From Turneriella sp. (GTDB taxonomy: Bacteria; Spirochaetota; Leptospiria; Turneriellales; Turneriellaceae), in assembly GCA_965279515.1 (NCBI GenBank), contig CBDIID010000003.1:2432001-2496000 (forward strand): a DNA stretch of 64,000 nucleotides, given 5' to 3'. The translations under genes and the position numbers were made by a program. This document shows, piece by piece, positions 1 to 10,308 of this stretch (the stretch's first letter is position 1; the number at the start of each line of letters is the position of its first letter). The notes beneath the pieces are model-generated. The model was not told the origin of the DNA. It did no database searches and saw only the letters and a program-made list of their open reading frames with translations.

Positions 1-2
1 CA

Positions 3-296
3 AGTGACGAAGAACCCGACACAATGGGGATTGTTCCCCTCGGGACGCCCATGGTCGCAGGTCCGGCCCTGATTACTACCTGCGTATTGATGGCGAACGA
101 ATATGGCGTCATCATCACGCTCATTTCGCTGACGCTGAATATTCTCGCTGCGGGAATTATCTTCTCTTACGGGCAATTGCTTACAAAAGTTCTCGGTGAA
201 TCAGGCTCGGCAGCGCTATCTAAAATAACCAGCTTGTTACTCGCATCCATCGCCGTGATGATGGTGCGGCGTGGCGTACTCTCGATGGTCTCTTAG
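3..296 (+). CDS. MarC family membrane protein (5'-truncated by window edge)
   Basis: Frame is open from nt 3. It contains the MarC-type motif GIVPLGTPMVAGPA followed by hydrophobic helices ending LLLASIAVMMVRRG. Confidence 0.85.
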   Translation, partial: SDEEPDTMGIVPLGTPMVAGPALITTCVLMANEYGVIITLISLTLNILAAGIIFSYGQLLTKVLGESGSAALSKITSLLLASIAVMMVRRGVLSMVS

Positions 297-337
297 TGAA
301 CTGATTGACAGCGCTGGCTGACGGTCTCTGATACGAC

Positions 338-829
338 ATGCCATGGCGCCTGATGCAAGTTTTCTCGCTGGTGGGAGGTATCGCACTCACGATTCTTCTA
401 TCGCGTTTTTTGCCTGACCGCGTCGCGATCCATTTTAATATTTCGGGTCAGCCTGACGGCTGGGCTTCCAATGGAATGAATACGGTTTTCTTTTCGGCGA
501 CATTCCTGATTTTGAACGCCTTGTTCGCGGGGATAGCCCTGTTGATGAAAAAGATTCCCGTCTCGCTGATCAATATGCCGAACCGCGAGTACTGGTTTGC
601 GCCCGAAAGGCGGGCTGCCAGCGCTTACGTATTGGGAACCTTTTTTGCCGAGCTGTGTTTTTTCCTGAACATCTTCCTGTCCGGCATTCTGCTCATGACC
701 TTTTTTGCCAACCGCACTCAAGGCCAGCTACCGCCGGCTATTATGTTTAGCTGGTTGGGTGTTTTCCTGATCTTTGTTGTCCTGTGGATTGTGCATTTGC
801 TCAAGGCATTCCGGTTACCAAAAGCCTAA
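338..829 (+). CDS. DUF1648-domain membrane protein
   Basis: LPDRVAIHFNISGQPDGW motif typical of DUF1648, and about 4 TM helices. Confidence 0.8.
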   Translation: MPWRLMQVFSLVGGIALTILLSRFLPDRVAIHFNISGQPDGWASNGMNTVFFSATFLILNALFAGIALLMKKIPVSLINMPNREYWFAPERRAASAYVLGTFFAELCFFLNIFLSGILLMTFFANRTQGQLPPAIMFSWLGVFLIFVVLWIVHLLKAFRLPKA

Positions 830-837
830 GGAAAAAT

Positions 838-2097
838 ATGAATAAAAAATTACGCTATGTGCTGATCTTTCTCGCCGCTGCGGGTATTTCGATCTACGTG
901 GGACGCGAGTATATCAAAGGGAAGTTGATCCATATTCTGGGCAGCGCCGATAAATACAAGGCAGAGGGAGATCCCAATGCGTTGCAGCCGAAATACACCG
1001 ACGCCGACGCGGCGCGCGAAAAAATCGAAATCAAACTGGTTCAGGTCGCGTCGGGTTTCACACAACCGACCGATATCCAGTTCTCACCCGTTGAGCCCGA
1101 CGTGGCACTTATCGCGGAAAAAACCGGCGCGCTCAAGTGGGTTAATCTCAACAGCAAGGCATCAGGCACCTTGTACAAATTCGCAGTCATTTTTGAAGCC
1201 GAAGAAGGGCTTCTGGGGATGGCATTCCATCCGCAATTTAAGACAAACGGTAAAATCTACTTCAACTATACGGTGAGCGAAAACGGCAACGATGTCAGCC
1301 GCATCGCCGAGTGGGTTGTGACTAAACCGACCGATCTCGCGCATGCAAAGCTCGAGAACGAACGCATACTCATGCGTGTAGTTCAGCCTTATGCAAACCA
1401 CAACGCGGGCCAGCTGCAATTCGGTCCCGACGGCATGCTCTACATTGGCTGGGGCGACGGCGGCTTCAAGGATGACCCCCAGGGAAACGGACAAAATACC
1501 AAAACACTGCTGGGCAACATGCTGCGTGTGAGCGTCGAGCCCGATACATCAGGGAAGCCTTATACAATCCCCGCGGACAATCCCTTTGTCGGCAACGCAG
1601 CCTATGCGCCGGAAACTTTTGCCTATGGCTTCCGCAACCCGTGGCGCTATAGTTTTGATCCCAAGGGCCGGCTGATCGTCGCCGACGTTGGACAAGATCT
1701 CTGGGAAGAAATCGACATCGTCGAGAAGGGCGGTAACTATGGCTGGAATATCCGCGAGGGTGCGCACTGCTTTGAACCGAAAGAAGGTTGCAGAACTGAA
1801 AATTTACGTGACCCGGTCTATGAATATGGCCGCAAAGAAGGGCAATCCCTGACCGGCGGCTATGTCTATACCGGCACGGCAATCGGCGCCCTGAAAGACA
1901 AATACGTCTTTGCGGATTTCGTGAGCGGACGCATTTGGGCCATCCAATTACCTGATTCCGCTCAGGGTAAAGCGGAGAAAGCCTACACGCTCGGGCAATG
2001 GCCCGTACTGATCTCTGCCTTCGGCAGGGACAGCGGCGGCAATCTTTATGCGGCAGATTTTGGCAGCGGAAAGATTTTGCGCCTCGCAGCGAAGTAA
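838..2097 (+). CDS. PQQ-dependent glucose/sorbosone dehydrogenase family beta-propeller protein
   Basis: Motifs EEGLLGMAFHP, NHNAGQLQFGPDGMLYIGWGDGG, AYGFRNPWR and GGNYGW. ATG at 838 follows AAGGA; there is an N-terminal anchor. Confidence 0.9.
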   Translation: MNKKLRYVLIFLAAAGISIYVGREYIKGKLIHILGSADKYKAEGDPNALQPKYTDADAAREKIEIKLVQVASGFTQPTDIQFSPVEPDVALIAEKTGALKWVNLNSKASGTLYKFAVIFEAEEGLLGMAFHPQFKTNGKIYFNYTVSENGNDVSRIAEWVVTKPTDLAHAKLENERILMRVVQPYANHNAGQLQFGPDGMLYIGWGDGGFKDDPQGNGQNTKTLLGNMLRVSVEPDTSGKPYTIPADNPFVGNAAYAPETFAYGFRNPWRYSFDPKGRLIVADVGQDLWEEIDIVEKGGNYGWNIREGAHCFEPKEGCRTENLRDPVYEYGRKEGQSLTGGYVYTGTAIGALKDKYVFADFVSGRIWAIQLPDSAQGKAEKAYTLGQWPVLISAFGRDSGGNLYAADFGSGKILRLAAK

Positions 2098-2121
2098 TCT
2101 CGTTCGTGCCGGGGCGTCCGG

Positions 2122-2559
2122 TTAGTTATAAGTATATTCTTTGCTGCGGGCTAAAGTGGTGCCGAAATGGGAATTCCCGCTATCCAGTTTTTCTATGGTG
2201 TAGTACACCCTGAAAGGTAGGGCGGCCTTCCGTACACAACCGAGGATACAATTGTAAAAATTCCTGCCCGAATACGAATCGGTTTTTGTACCTGACGCGG
2301 GATTTAAATCAAATGCCACAGCCCATTCCGGAGAACCCTGATTCGTATCGTAGAGCAGTACCTGCATGACGTATCTTTTCGCAGCATCGTAATTCTCGAT
2401 TTTCCAGGAATATGAGACCGATAGGGTGCTGTTATCGTCGACGTTAGAGAGCTCGGCCGGGGTCGTGGCGCTGATAGTTAAATCCGCTTTGGGCACCTCG
2501 GGTATCGACAAAGCGCATCCAGACAAAAAAGCCACAGAAAGAACCCAAAGGACTCTCAT
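2122..2559 (-). CDS. Hypothetical lipoprotein
   Basis: ATG at 2559 preceded by AGGAGG; lipobox FLSGC. Confidence 0.7.
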   Translation of the reverse strand: MRVLWVLSVAFLSGCALSIPEVPKADLTISATTPAELSNVDDNSTLSVSYSWKIENYDAAKRYVMQVLLYDTNQGSPEWAVAFDLNPASGTKTDSYSGRNFYNCILGCVRKAALPFRVYYTIEKLDSGNSHFGTTLARSKEYTYN

Positions 2560-2584
2560 ACAACCTCCTGATAGCTGAACCGGC

Positions 2585-3241
2585 TCAAAATGCATACCCC
2601 AGGGACACCTCAAAGTCAATGCGGAGTATATTGTCGAAGAATTTGCTAAACGCGTCCCGGTTCGCCGCGAAATCTTCGGTGCTGTACTTATAGTTGGAAA
2701 TAACAGGACCGGCGCCCATGCGCAGCGTCAGCGCAATACCCGGATACCAGATAAACCGGTGGCCGACATTCAGGCCGATAATCAGATACGAAGTTGTGAA
2801 TCCCATTTGAGGCTGGCCGATCGTTGAGTTAAAAAGTACGGCCGCATTGCTTACCTGGTAGATCGTCCCGGCGACACTCCCATATTTCAAAAATGCCCCC
2901 AGGAAAAGTGAATTGAGGCCTTTCCAAAAATGAAAACGATATTGGGCGCCCAGGGTATATCCATCGTGGGTTCTCCAATCTGTGCCATTGATTTTCAGGC
3001 GGTAAGCACCGACCTTTCCCACCTCAACGACTAACCCATGCCGGTCGCCGACCAGGCGCTCGAAATTAAAGAAAAAAGAACTAAAAAAAGCATCAGGTAT
3101 CCGGAAACTGATAACGTTGCGTTCCGGCTCTCGCTGAGGCTTCGCTACGGAGGGTTCTGCAGCATTCACCGCAAAAAAGCTGAGCATACCGGTCATCAAG
3201 GCCAGAAAAAGCACTCTGCCTGTTGAGTTTTTCTGACGCAC
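2585..3241 (-). CDS. Putative outer-membrane beta-barrel protein (DUF3575-like)
   Basis: Signal peptide, amphipathic beta strands and C-terminal ...EVSLGYAF barrel signature. Confidence 0.6.
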   Translation of the reverse strand: MRQKNSTGRVLFLALMTGMLSFFAVNAAEPSVAKPQREPERNVISFRIPDAFFSSFFFNFERLVGDRHGLVVEVGKVGAYRLKINGTDWRTHDGYTLGAQYRFHFWKGLNSLFLGAFLKYGSVAGTIYQVSNAAVLFNSTIGQPQMGFTTSYLIIGLNVGHRFIWYPGIALTLRMGAGPVISNYKYSTEDFAANRDAFSKFFDNILRIDFEVSLGYAF

Positions 3242-3339
3242 CCGGGCCGGATATGGCGCGGGGGGTATCCTCTGTCAAGACAATGAAGATGCATAAAACT
3301 TGACGGAAGCTTACCAACAAACAATCTGCTGGCAGCGGA

Positions 3340-4110
3340 ATGAGAATCCAGTACGCCTCTGATCTGCATCTCGAATTTCCACGTAACCGGGAGTACCTCG
3401 ACAAGAACCCTCTGATTCCCAAGGGGGATGTCCTCATTCTCGCCGGCGATATCGTCACCGACAAGCAGCGCGATAAAATCGAGCCGCTCTACGCGAAATG
3501 GCGGAAGGAATTCCGCTATGTCATCTCAATCCCAGGCAACCACGAATTCTATGGCGGCGACGTCATGTACTGCTACCCGAATTACCGCAGCGAGCTCGCG
3601 GAAAATCATATACTTGCGAATAATGAAACCATCGTGTTTGAGAATGTGCGCTTCATCGTCAGTATCCTGTGGACGCATATGCCTGAATCAAAGATGGCGC
3701 GGCTCGAAAAGGCTTCGAATGACTACCGCTTAATTCAGTATTATAAAGACGACAATATGCAGCGCAAGATCACAGGCGAAGCAGTCAACGAGTTCCATGC
3801 CCTTTCCCGTCACTTTCTCGAGTCCGAGCTTGCAAAACCTTTCGCAGGCAAGACCGTCGTCGTCACCCACCACCTGCCCAGCTATGCGCTGATGGGTTTT
3901 GCCGCCTATTCAGACGTACTCAAATATTACTGCGCGTCGAACCTCAACAAAGTCATTAAAGAGCATGATATTGATCATTGGATCTTTGGCCATTGGCACC
4001 AGAGTGTCCACAAGCGAATGTTCAATACCACGTTTGTCTCCAATCCACTGGGCTATATGACAGAAGATCAGTACCGGGAATTTTCTCCCACAGCGCATTT
4101 CGAAATTTAA
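3340..4110 (+). CDS. Calcineurin-like metallophosphoesterase
   Basis: SDLHLE, LAGDI, PGNHEFY, THH and FGHWH motifs. Confidence 0.9.
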   Translation: MRIQYASDLHLEFPRNREYLDKNPLIPKGDVLILAGDIVTDKQRDKIEPLYAKWRKEFRYVISIPGNHEFYGGDVMYCYPNYRSELAENHILANNETIVFENVRFIVSILWTHMPESKMARLEKASNDYRLIQYYKDDNMQRKITGEAVNEFHALSRHFLESELAKPFAGKTVVVTHHLPSYALMGFAAYSDVLKYYCASNLNKVIKEHDIDHWIFGHWHQSVHKRMFNTTFVSNPLGYMTEDQYREFSPTAHFEI

Positions 4111-4196
4111 CTGGGCCACGCGCTAACAAAAAAAGAGCACTTCAGGCGCCCAGGATGACTCTCCCCTATGACGGCAAAAATGCCAAGGAGAGATTC

Positions 4197-4676
4197 ATGA
4201 AGAAGATATTTTTTATACTGGCTGCACTGACATGTGCTTTTTTTATCGGATGCCAAAACACGACGGAAGCCGACGGCGGTAAGGATTCGGGTAAAGGACA
4301 GAACCCGTCGGATTTACCCGCCAATACGATCAGCTTCAAGTTTAACGGCAACCAGGTTACGATTTCAAACTCTGTTTACACAGTCGGGGGTGGGGCAACC
4401 GTCATGGGAAAAGAGCTACAGGGAGAGTATATCCAAGCTGCGACACCGACAGTGTTAACCGGCACGTATGACAAAAACACTAACCCAAAGTTTTCCATGT
4501 TCTATGCGGAAAACGGTACCGCATACCTGAGCGATGTGGGCGCCGCAAATATGACATTTAATGTCACAGTAACCGCCACTGAAGTCACGGGAACTTTCTC
4601 GGGCACTTTGCGTAAAAACACCGCCCCGAACGACATCCTTCCGGTCACAGACGGGACATTCCGCGTAACCAAATAA
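4197..4676 (+). CDS. Hypothetical lipoprotein
   Basis: ATG at 4197 after AAGGAG; signal and lipobox MKKIFFILAALTCAFFIGC. Confidence 0.7.
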   Translation: MKKIFFILAALTCAFFIGCQNTTEADGGKDSGKGQNPSDLPANTISFKFNGNQVTISNSVYTVGGGATVMGKELQGEYIQAATPTVLTGTYDKNTNPKFSMFYAENGTAYLSDVGAANMTFNVTVTATEVTGTFSGTLRKNTAPNDILPVTDGTFRVTK

Positions 4677-4700
4677 GGGTTAAATGCTGATTCGGGGATT

Positions 4701-5546
4701 TTATGGAACTGTACTCCAGGCGGAAATCGCTGTTGTATAATTCGTCAGGGCACCGCTCGCCACAAGATCCCCGGAATTATAGACACCGCCGCCATCGGTA
4801 TCAATCCAGCAGGCATACCCCAGCAGGCTCGCCGTCGTTAGGGTGACGCGCGGCGTTGTTACCGCCGTCGTATTGCCACCCGCATAAGGTAAAATGCCCT
4901 GGGAAAACCCGAGAGTTGAACTTGTGTAGATGGTGGGGTTTGAGATGCCGCCATCCACAATACTACAGTAGGTATTCCGGTTAACGCCGTTCAGTCCCGT
5001 CCCTGAAATATTGAAAGTGACTTGCGATGTTGTATTCATCGCGGTCACGGAAAATGTAGCGTTACCAGAGGCCAATGTCACGGTAAAATCCATACCTAAT
5101 CCGGCATCGGAAAGGAACCCCGGACTCGCGGGGCATCCGGCGGGAGATACCAGGTTGGCCGAACCCGTATTATCCACGCGGTAGTGCAGGCTGTAAGTCC
5201 CGACGGCGCCGTCGTTGAAGAGTTGATTCGTAATACAATTGCTGGCGTCGACCTTATAGCTCCTCGCATAATACTGCCCGTTTGCATCCAGCGTCGTATT
5301 GGAGAGCACAGCGCCCTTCAGCACGCCGCCCATAAAGACATAGGCCGAAAATTTTTTATTCGCCTGCGCCGGCAGGTTGATATTAAAATTGATATTGGAA
5401 AGATTCCCGGTAGGAGTACTAAACTCTGAAAAACTATTATTACTGGAGCAGGCAGCGCAGATCGGCGCTAAAAAGAACAGCTTGAGACTCAAGCGCAACA
5501 GTGCCCCACCCACGGCCTGAAATCCTCCGGAGCAGTGCAGCGCCAA
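4701..5546 (-). CDS. Hypothetical lipoprotein (start uncertain, probably about 50 nt downstream of the ORF start)
   Basis: LFFLAPICAACSS lipobox-like sequence; Ser/Thr/Asn/Gly-rich beta protein; DTDGGG Ca-binding-like loop near the C-terminus. Confidence 0.6.
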   Translation of the reverse strand: MALHCSGGFQAVGGALLRLSLKLFFLAPICAACSSNNSFSEFSTPTGNLSNINFNINLPAQANKKFSAYVFMGGVLKGAVLSNTTLDANGQYYARSYKVDASNCITNQLFNDGAVGTYSLHYRVDNTGSANLVSPAGCPASPGFLSDAGLGMDFTVTLASGNATFSVTAMNTTSQVTFNISGTGLNGVNRNTYCSIVDGGISNPTIYTSSTLGFSQGILPYAGGNTTAVTTPRVTLTTASLLGYACWIDTDGGGVYNSGDLVASGALTNYTTAISAWSTVP

Positions 5547-5639
5547 CCATTATCTAAAAATGCCTGCATGCTTCAATCTTCACACTCTCGCAACAAGCTA
5601 ATACTTGACCTTTAGAGAGAAAATCTGGTTTCAGGGCAA

Positions 5640-7604
5640 ATGTTCACACGTTACGCAATTCTGGGCACGCTGCTGCTCACCCCGCTCGTTCACAGCGAGA
5701 CAACGGATAATCTTCAGGTACTCAAATCGGTTAAGAATGCCGTCTATGAAGTGGTCCTCAAGAAGCCCGAAACCGATACCTTATCCTATGCTGAAAAACT
5801 CCCCCATGAGCTTTTGTCGTTCCAGCAGCGTAACGATAAATATTATTCTATCGGCTCTGCCTTCCCGATTAACGAAACGGAGATGATCACGGCCTGGCAC
5901 GTCATTGTTCCCGGCAGCGGCGGTCTCAGCAACGGTTATGCAATACGTGACGCCGAAGGGAAAATTTATGAAATCGACAAGATCACCGGATTTTCAAACC
6001 GAAAAGATTACCTGATTTTTACGCTGAAAGACAAAAAATTCAAGACCTGGCTGAAACCGGCGGCGAAACGGGAAGTGCAGCAGAAAATCTTCGCCATCGG
6101 CAATGCCCTGGGCGAAGGCATTATCGCCCGCGACGGTATCTTCACATCCGAAACGCCGGAAACGTACGAAGGTAAATGGAATTACATTCGCTTTACGGCG
6201 GCCGCATCGCCAGGCAACAGCGGCGGCCCGCTCGTTGACGCGAAGGGAAATTTTCTTGGCATCGTGCTGCGAAAAAGCGAGAACGAGAATCTTAACTACG
6301 CGCTGCCGTCAGAGATTTTCATCAATACGAAACGCGAGGGCAAAATCCAGTATAATCTCGCGTACCGGTTTACCAATACCATCCTGCGCGACCGCTCAGA
6401 TTATGCCAGGGATTATTCCGTTCCGGCATCGTTTGCGGAAATCGACGCCAAACTGATCAAGGCAAATACAGAACTTTCGCAGAATCTGGTGAAGAATTTC
6501 TTTAACAACCATAAGAAAGATTATTTTCCATACGGGCCCGGCGGGATAAAAATCCTGAATAATGCGGGCAACAGCCTTTTTCCCATGATGGTCGCACAGA
6601 CAGACGACGGGGTCTGGAGTCATTTTGAGCCAGAAAAAAAGGAGCGGGTGGAAACGGAAGATAACGGCCTCATTGTCTACGGTTCGCTCCGGGGTGTTTA
6701 CGTGCAGTATATGCGCACCCCGCGTAAAATCAAACCCGCACAGCTGATGGCAGATCAGAAACAATTTCTCGACCTGTCGCTGAAACATGTGCGCATTGAG
6801 AGAAAATTTGCGGGGCAGAAAATCCGCGTCACGTCATTCGGGCAGCCGGCAAAGTCTTACACCCATGCGGATCGCTACTCGCGCAAATGGCAGATCTCCG
6901 AATATCCGATTCACTACGCCGATGAAAAGATGATCACTTATTCGTCTATGGTGCCCGACGGCATTGTCACCCTGATTGTGCGGGATAGTACCGGAAAGAT
7001 CGATATGGATCTGCGTTTTGATATGCTCGAATTGCTGAATTATATGACATTCAGCTACTACGGCCGGCTTTCAGACTGGAAGGATTTTTACCAAAGCACC
7101 AACTATATCCCCGATGAATTCAAAACACACCGCCTCGAATTTAACGACGGCAAAGAGCTGAAATTGCAGACACGCGAGATCAGTTCGACCCTTAGCGGCA
7201 ATGACTTTAAGCTCAGCGCCGATAGCGACATGCGTATGGATTTCGGTTTTACGCTAAACGGCAGCGAACTCCGGTATGTGCATATGGATACGATGTTCGG
7301 TGAGAACGTCAATACCAGCACCTCGCTTTCTGTTTTCCGGGTTTCGAAACCAGCAGCCGAATTGCCCGAAGCCATTCACCATGGCTGGGGAAATATCATC
7401 AACCAACGCTTACCGTTTGACCGTTCGGTCAGGTATTCCGATGGTAAATCCAGTCTGAACCTGGTAACGCCGGCGCTGTTTCTTAAAAAAGGCAATGATG
7501 TGGATACAGCCTTTTACCTGCGTTATGTCATCGACGGAAAAGCAGAGGATGCGATTTTAAAAACAAAAGTCGAAAGAATCTCGACCGGAATTAAACTCAA
7601 CTGA
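5640..7604 (+). CDS. Secreted trypsin-like (S1) serine protease with long C-terminal extension
   Basis: Signal peptide; ITAWHV (His), KDY (Asp) and SPGNSGGPL (Ser) catalytic motifs. Confidence 0.85.
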   Translation: MFTRYAILGTLLLTPLVHSETTDNLQVLKSVKNAVYEVVLKKPETDTLSYAEKLPHELLSFQQRNDKYYSIGSAFPINETEMITAWHVIVPGSGGLSNGYAIRDAEGKIYEIDKITGFSNRKDYLIFTLKDKKFKTWLKPAAKREVQQKIFAIGNALGEGIIARDGIFTSETPETYEGKWNYIRFTAAASPGNSGGPLVDAKGNFLGIVLRKSENENLNYALPSEIFINTKREGKIQYNLAYRFTNTILRDRSDYARDYSVPASFAEIDAKLIKANTELSQNLVKNFFNNHKKDYFPYGPGGIKILNNAGNSLFPMMVAQTDDGVWSHFEPEKKERVETEDNGLIVYGSLRGVYVQYMRTPRKIKPAQLMADQKQFLDLSLKHVRIERKFAGQKIRVTSFGQPAKSYTHADRYSRKWQISEYPIHYADEKMITYSSMVPDGIVTLIVRDSTGKIDMDLRFDMLELLNYMTFSYYGRLSDWKDFYQSTNYIPDEFKTHRLEFNDGKELKLQTREISSTLSGNDFKLSADSDMRMDFGFTLNGSELRYVHMDTMFGENVNTSTSLSVFRVSKPAAELPEAIHHGWGNIINQRLPFDRSVRYSDGKSSLNLVTPALFLKKGNDVDTAFYLRYVIDGKAEDAILKTKVERISTGIKLN

Positions 7605-7612
7605 AACCGGGG

Positions 7613-8749
7613 TCACTGCTTCTGCAGTGACTTCTCGAGAATGGCGATTTCTTCCATCAGCCGCGGCACAATTTCCGCTTCAGAAATTTTACCCTTGCTC
7701 TCGCCCTTGACATAGAGAATCGCCGAACCCGCGCCGGCAGAGATGCCGATGTCGGCTTCTTTGCTCTCACCCGGGCCGTTGACGAGACAACCCATCACCG
7801 CCACCTTGAGTGGCGTCTTGATGTGCGCTACCGCCTCTTCGACTTCTTTCGCAATGCGGAAAAGATCCACTTCGAGGCGGCCGCAGGTCGGGCATGAGAT
7901 CAGTGTTACGCCAAAGCTCACGAGACCCAGCGACTTCAGAATCTCTCGGCCGACTTTGACTTCTTCGGCGCCGTCGGTGGTAAGGCTCACGCGTATCGTG
8001 TCACCTATACCCTCAGAGAGCAATCCACCAATGCCGATCGAAGATTTGATCGTGCCCTGCCAGCTTGTACCGGCTTCGGTAACGCCGAGGTGAAACGGAT
8101 AGTCGCACATCTTCGCGAGCTTGCGGTAAGCCTCCATCATCATAAAAACATCGCTCGACTTCAGTGAAACGATGACGTCGTCAAAATTATGTTCGTTACA
8201 GATGGCGATGTGCCTCAGCGCCGACTCGACCATACCGTCCGAAGTGGGATATCCCACTTTGCGCAAAATATCTTTTTCGAGTGAGCCGGCGTTCACGCCG
8301 ATACGGATCGGGATGCCGTTGTCTTTGCAGGCGCGCAGCACTTCGGAAACTTTTTCTTTGTTGCCGATGTTGCCGGGGTTGATGCGGATTTTATCGACGC
8401 CGCTCTTCACAGCAATGAGCGCGAGTTTGTGCTGGAAGTGGATATCGGCGACGAGGGGAATGTGGATGTTTTTTTTGATCTGCGCGAGTGCGAGCGCGGC
8501 ATCTTCATCGTTCGCCGTGCAGCGGACGATCTGGCAGCCGGCTTCTTCATAGCGCAGAATCTGTTCGACCGTCGCCTTCCAGTCGGCGGTCTTTGTTTTG
8601 GTCATCGACTGCACGGGTACGGGGTGTCCCGAACCGATCGGCACACCCGCCATCATCACGGTGCGGGTTTTGCGGCGTTCGATTTTGTCGTGCACGGTGG
8701 CGTCGCCGATTTCGGCGGGCGTTTTCTCCGGCAGCTCTGGGGCAGTCAT
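7613..8749 (-). CDS. ispG: (E)-4-hydroxy-3-methylbut-2-enyl-diphosphate synthase
   Basis: [45 protein letters not shown] and [10 protein letters not shown] motifs. Confidence 0.97.
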   Translation of the reverse strand: MTAPELPEKTPAEIGDATVHDKIERRKTRTVMMAGVPIGSGHPVPVQSMTKTKTADWKATVEQILRYEEAGCQIVRCTANDEDAALALAQIKKNIHIPLVADIHFQHKLALIAVKSGVDKIRINPGNIGNKEKVSEVLRACKDNGIPIRIGVNAGSLEKDILRKVGYPTSDGMVESALRHIAICNEHNFDDVIVSLKSSDVFMMMEAYRKLAKMCDYPFHLGVTEAGTSWQGTIKSSIGIGGLLSEGIGDTIRVSLTTDGAEEVKVGREILKSLGLVSFGVTLISCPTCGRLEVDLFRIAKEVEEAVAHIKTPLKVAVMGCLVNGPGESKEADIGISAGAGSAILYVKGESKGKISEAEIVPRLMEEIAILEKSLQKQ

Positions 8750-8905
8750 GCACCCTCGTCAGATGCTCAAATCAGGTTGAAAAGAGCTTTCCTGCATTGT
8801 TTTCAACTCGAAAAAGGGGTATGTTGGTTCCGCAGCTGTTTCCCTGAAAATTAACCGTGGCTTGAATTCAATTCACCCCCTGTCAGGTGATCAAATTCCG
8901 GCTGC

Positions 8906-10258
8906 ATGGAATTCGAGCGCACCCCCGATAATTTAATCAAAAACCTGCGAGTCTACATCACCGACAAACCCGGTTATCTCGGCAAAGTCATGACGACGAT
9001 CGGCATGCACGGCGGTAACATCGGCGACCTGAAGCTCATCAAGCGCGCCGGTAAAAGTAACCTGCGCGAGATCGAACTCTATGTGCGCGACCAGGAACAC
9101 ATGCAGGAAATCCTCCACGCCGTCGGCGAGCTCGACGGTATCCAGGTGGCTTCGGTTTCAGATGCGGTACTTGACTTGCACAAAGGCGGTAAGATCGAAA
9201 TGCGCAGCCGCGTTCCCGTTGAAAGCGCCAGCGACATCCGGCGGATCTACACTCCCGGCGTCGCCGCTGTCTGCCGTGCGATCGAAAAAGATCCCGAACT
9301 CATGTACGACTATACCTATGTGCGCAATACCGTCGCGATCGTCACGAACGGCACCGCGATTTTGGGTCTCGGCGACATCGGCGTGCGCGCGGGTATGCCC
9401 GTCATGGAAGGTAAAGCCGTGCTGTTTGCCAAACTCGTGGGTCTCAATGGTATACCGATACTCATCGACAGCAAAGACATCCAGACTTGCGTCGACACCA
9501 TCGTCAATATCGCGCCGTCTTTCGGCGCCATCAAGCTCGAGGATTTCCGCGCGCCGGAATGTTTTGCCATCGAAGAGGCGCTGAAAAAGAAACTCGACAT
9601 GCCGATCATGCACGACGACCAGCATGGTACCGCAACCGTTGTACTCGCAGCTTTACTCAATGCGACAAAATACGTCGGCGACGATCTGCGCTCGCTCTCT
9701 GTTGGCATCATCGGCCTGGGCGCGGCAGGCACGGGCATAGCCTGGCTGCTGAAAAGTTTCGGCGTAGAGAAAATCTACGGCGCCGATATTGCAGAAGATG
9801 CGAAACAGCGTCTTGCAGCGGCGGGCGGTACGCCCTTGCCGCTCATGGAACTCATGCGTGAAGCCCAGGTCGTCGTGACGACAACGGGAGTTCCCAATCT
9901 CATTAAACCCGAAATGGTACGTCATCGCCAGATTATTCTCGCGCTCTCGAACCCCGACCCCGAAATCAAGCCAGAAGCCGCGCTCGAGGCCGGTGCCGCT
10001 TTTGCCGCCGACGGGCGGGGTGTGAACAATGCACTCGCCTTCCCGGGCCTCTTTAAAGGCGCGCTCGATGCGAGAGCCTCACGCATCAATAACCGCATGA
10101 AAATTGCCGCGGCGCAGGCCATTGCCTCGCTGGCAAACAGCGACCGCAAAGAACTGGTGCCCGCCCTGCTTAACCCCGATGTGCACATGCGTGTGGCCGA
10201 GGCCGTCGAACGCGCGGCCCTCGAATCGGGCGCGGTAAAAAGACTCAGCGAGATGTAA
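8906..10258 (+). CDS. NAD(P)-dependent malic enzyme with N-terminal ACT domain
   Basis: YTPGVA, VTNGTAILGLGDIG, PVMEGKA, LEDF, HDDQHGTA, GLGAAG, ALSNP and NNALAFPG motifs; ACT-like DKPGYLGKV at the N-terminus. Confidence 0.93.
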   Translation: MEFERTPDNLIKNLRVYITDKPGYLGKVMTTIGMHGGNIGDLKLIKRAGKSNLREIELYVRDQEHMQEILHAVGELDGIQVASVSDAVLDLHKGGKIEMRSRVPVESASDIRRIYTPGVAAVCRAIEKDPELMYDYTYVRNTVAIVTNGTAILGLGDIGVRAGMPVMEGKAVLFAKLVGLNGIPILIDSKDIQTCVDTIVNIAPSFGAIKLEDFRAPECFAIEEALKKKLDMPIMHDDQHGTATVVLAALLNATKYVGDDLRSLSVGIIGLGAAGTGIAWLLKSFGVEKIYGADIAEDAKQRLAAAGGTPLPLMELMREAQVVVTTTGVPNLIKPEMVRHRQIILALSNPDPEIKPEAALEAGAAFAADGRGVNNALAFPGLFKGALDARASRINNRMKIAAAQAIASLANSDRKELVPALLNPDVHMRVAEAVERAALESGAVKRLSEM

Positions 10259-10308
10259 ACGCGTGACGCGGCCGGGGGCGTTGGCGGAGTTCCCCGGAAG
10301 CAATCCCT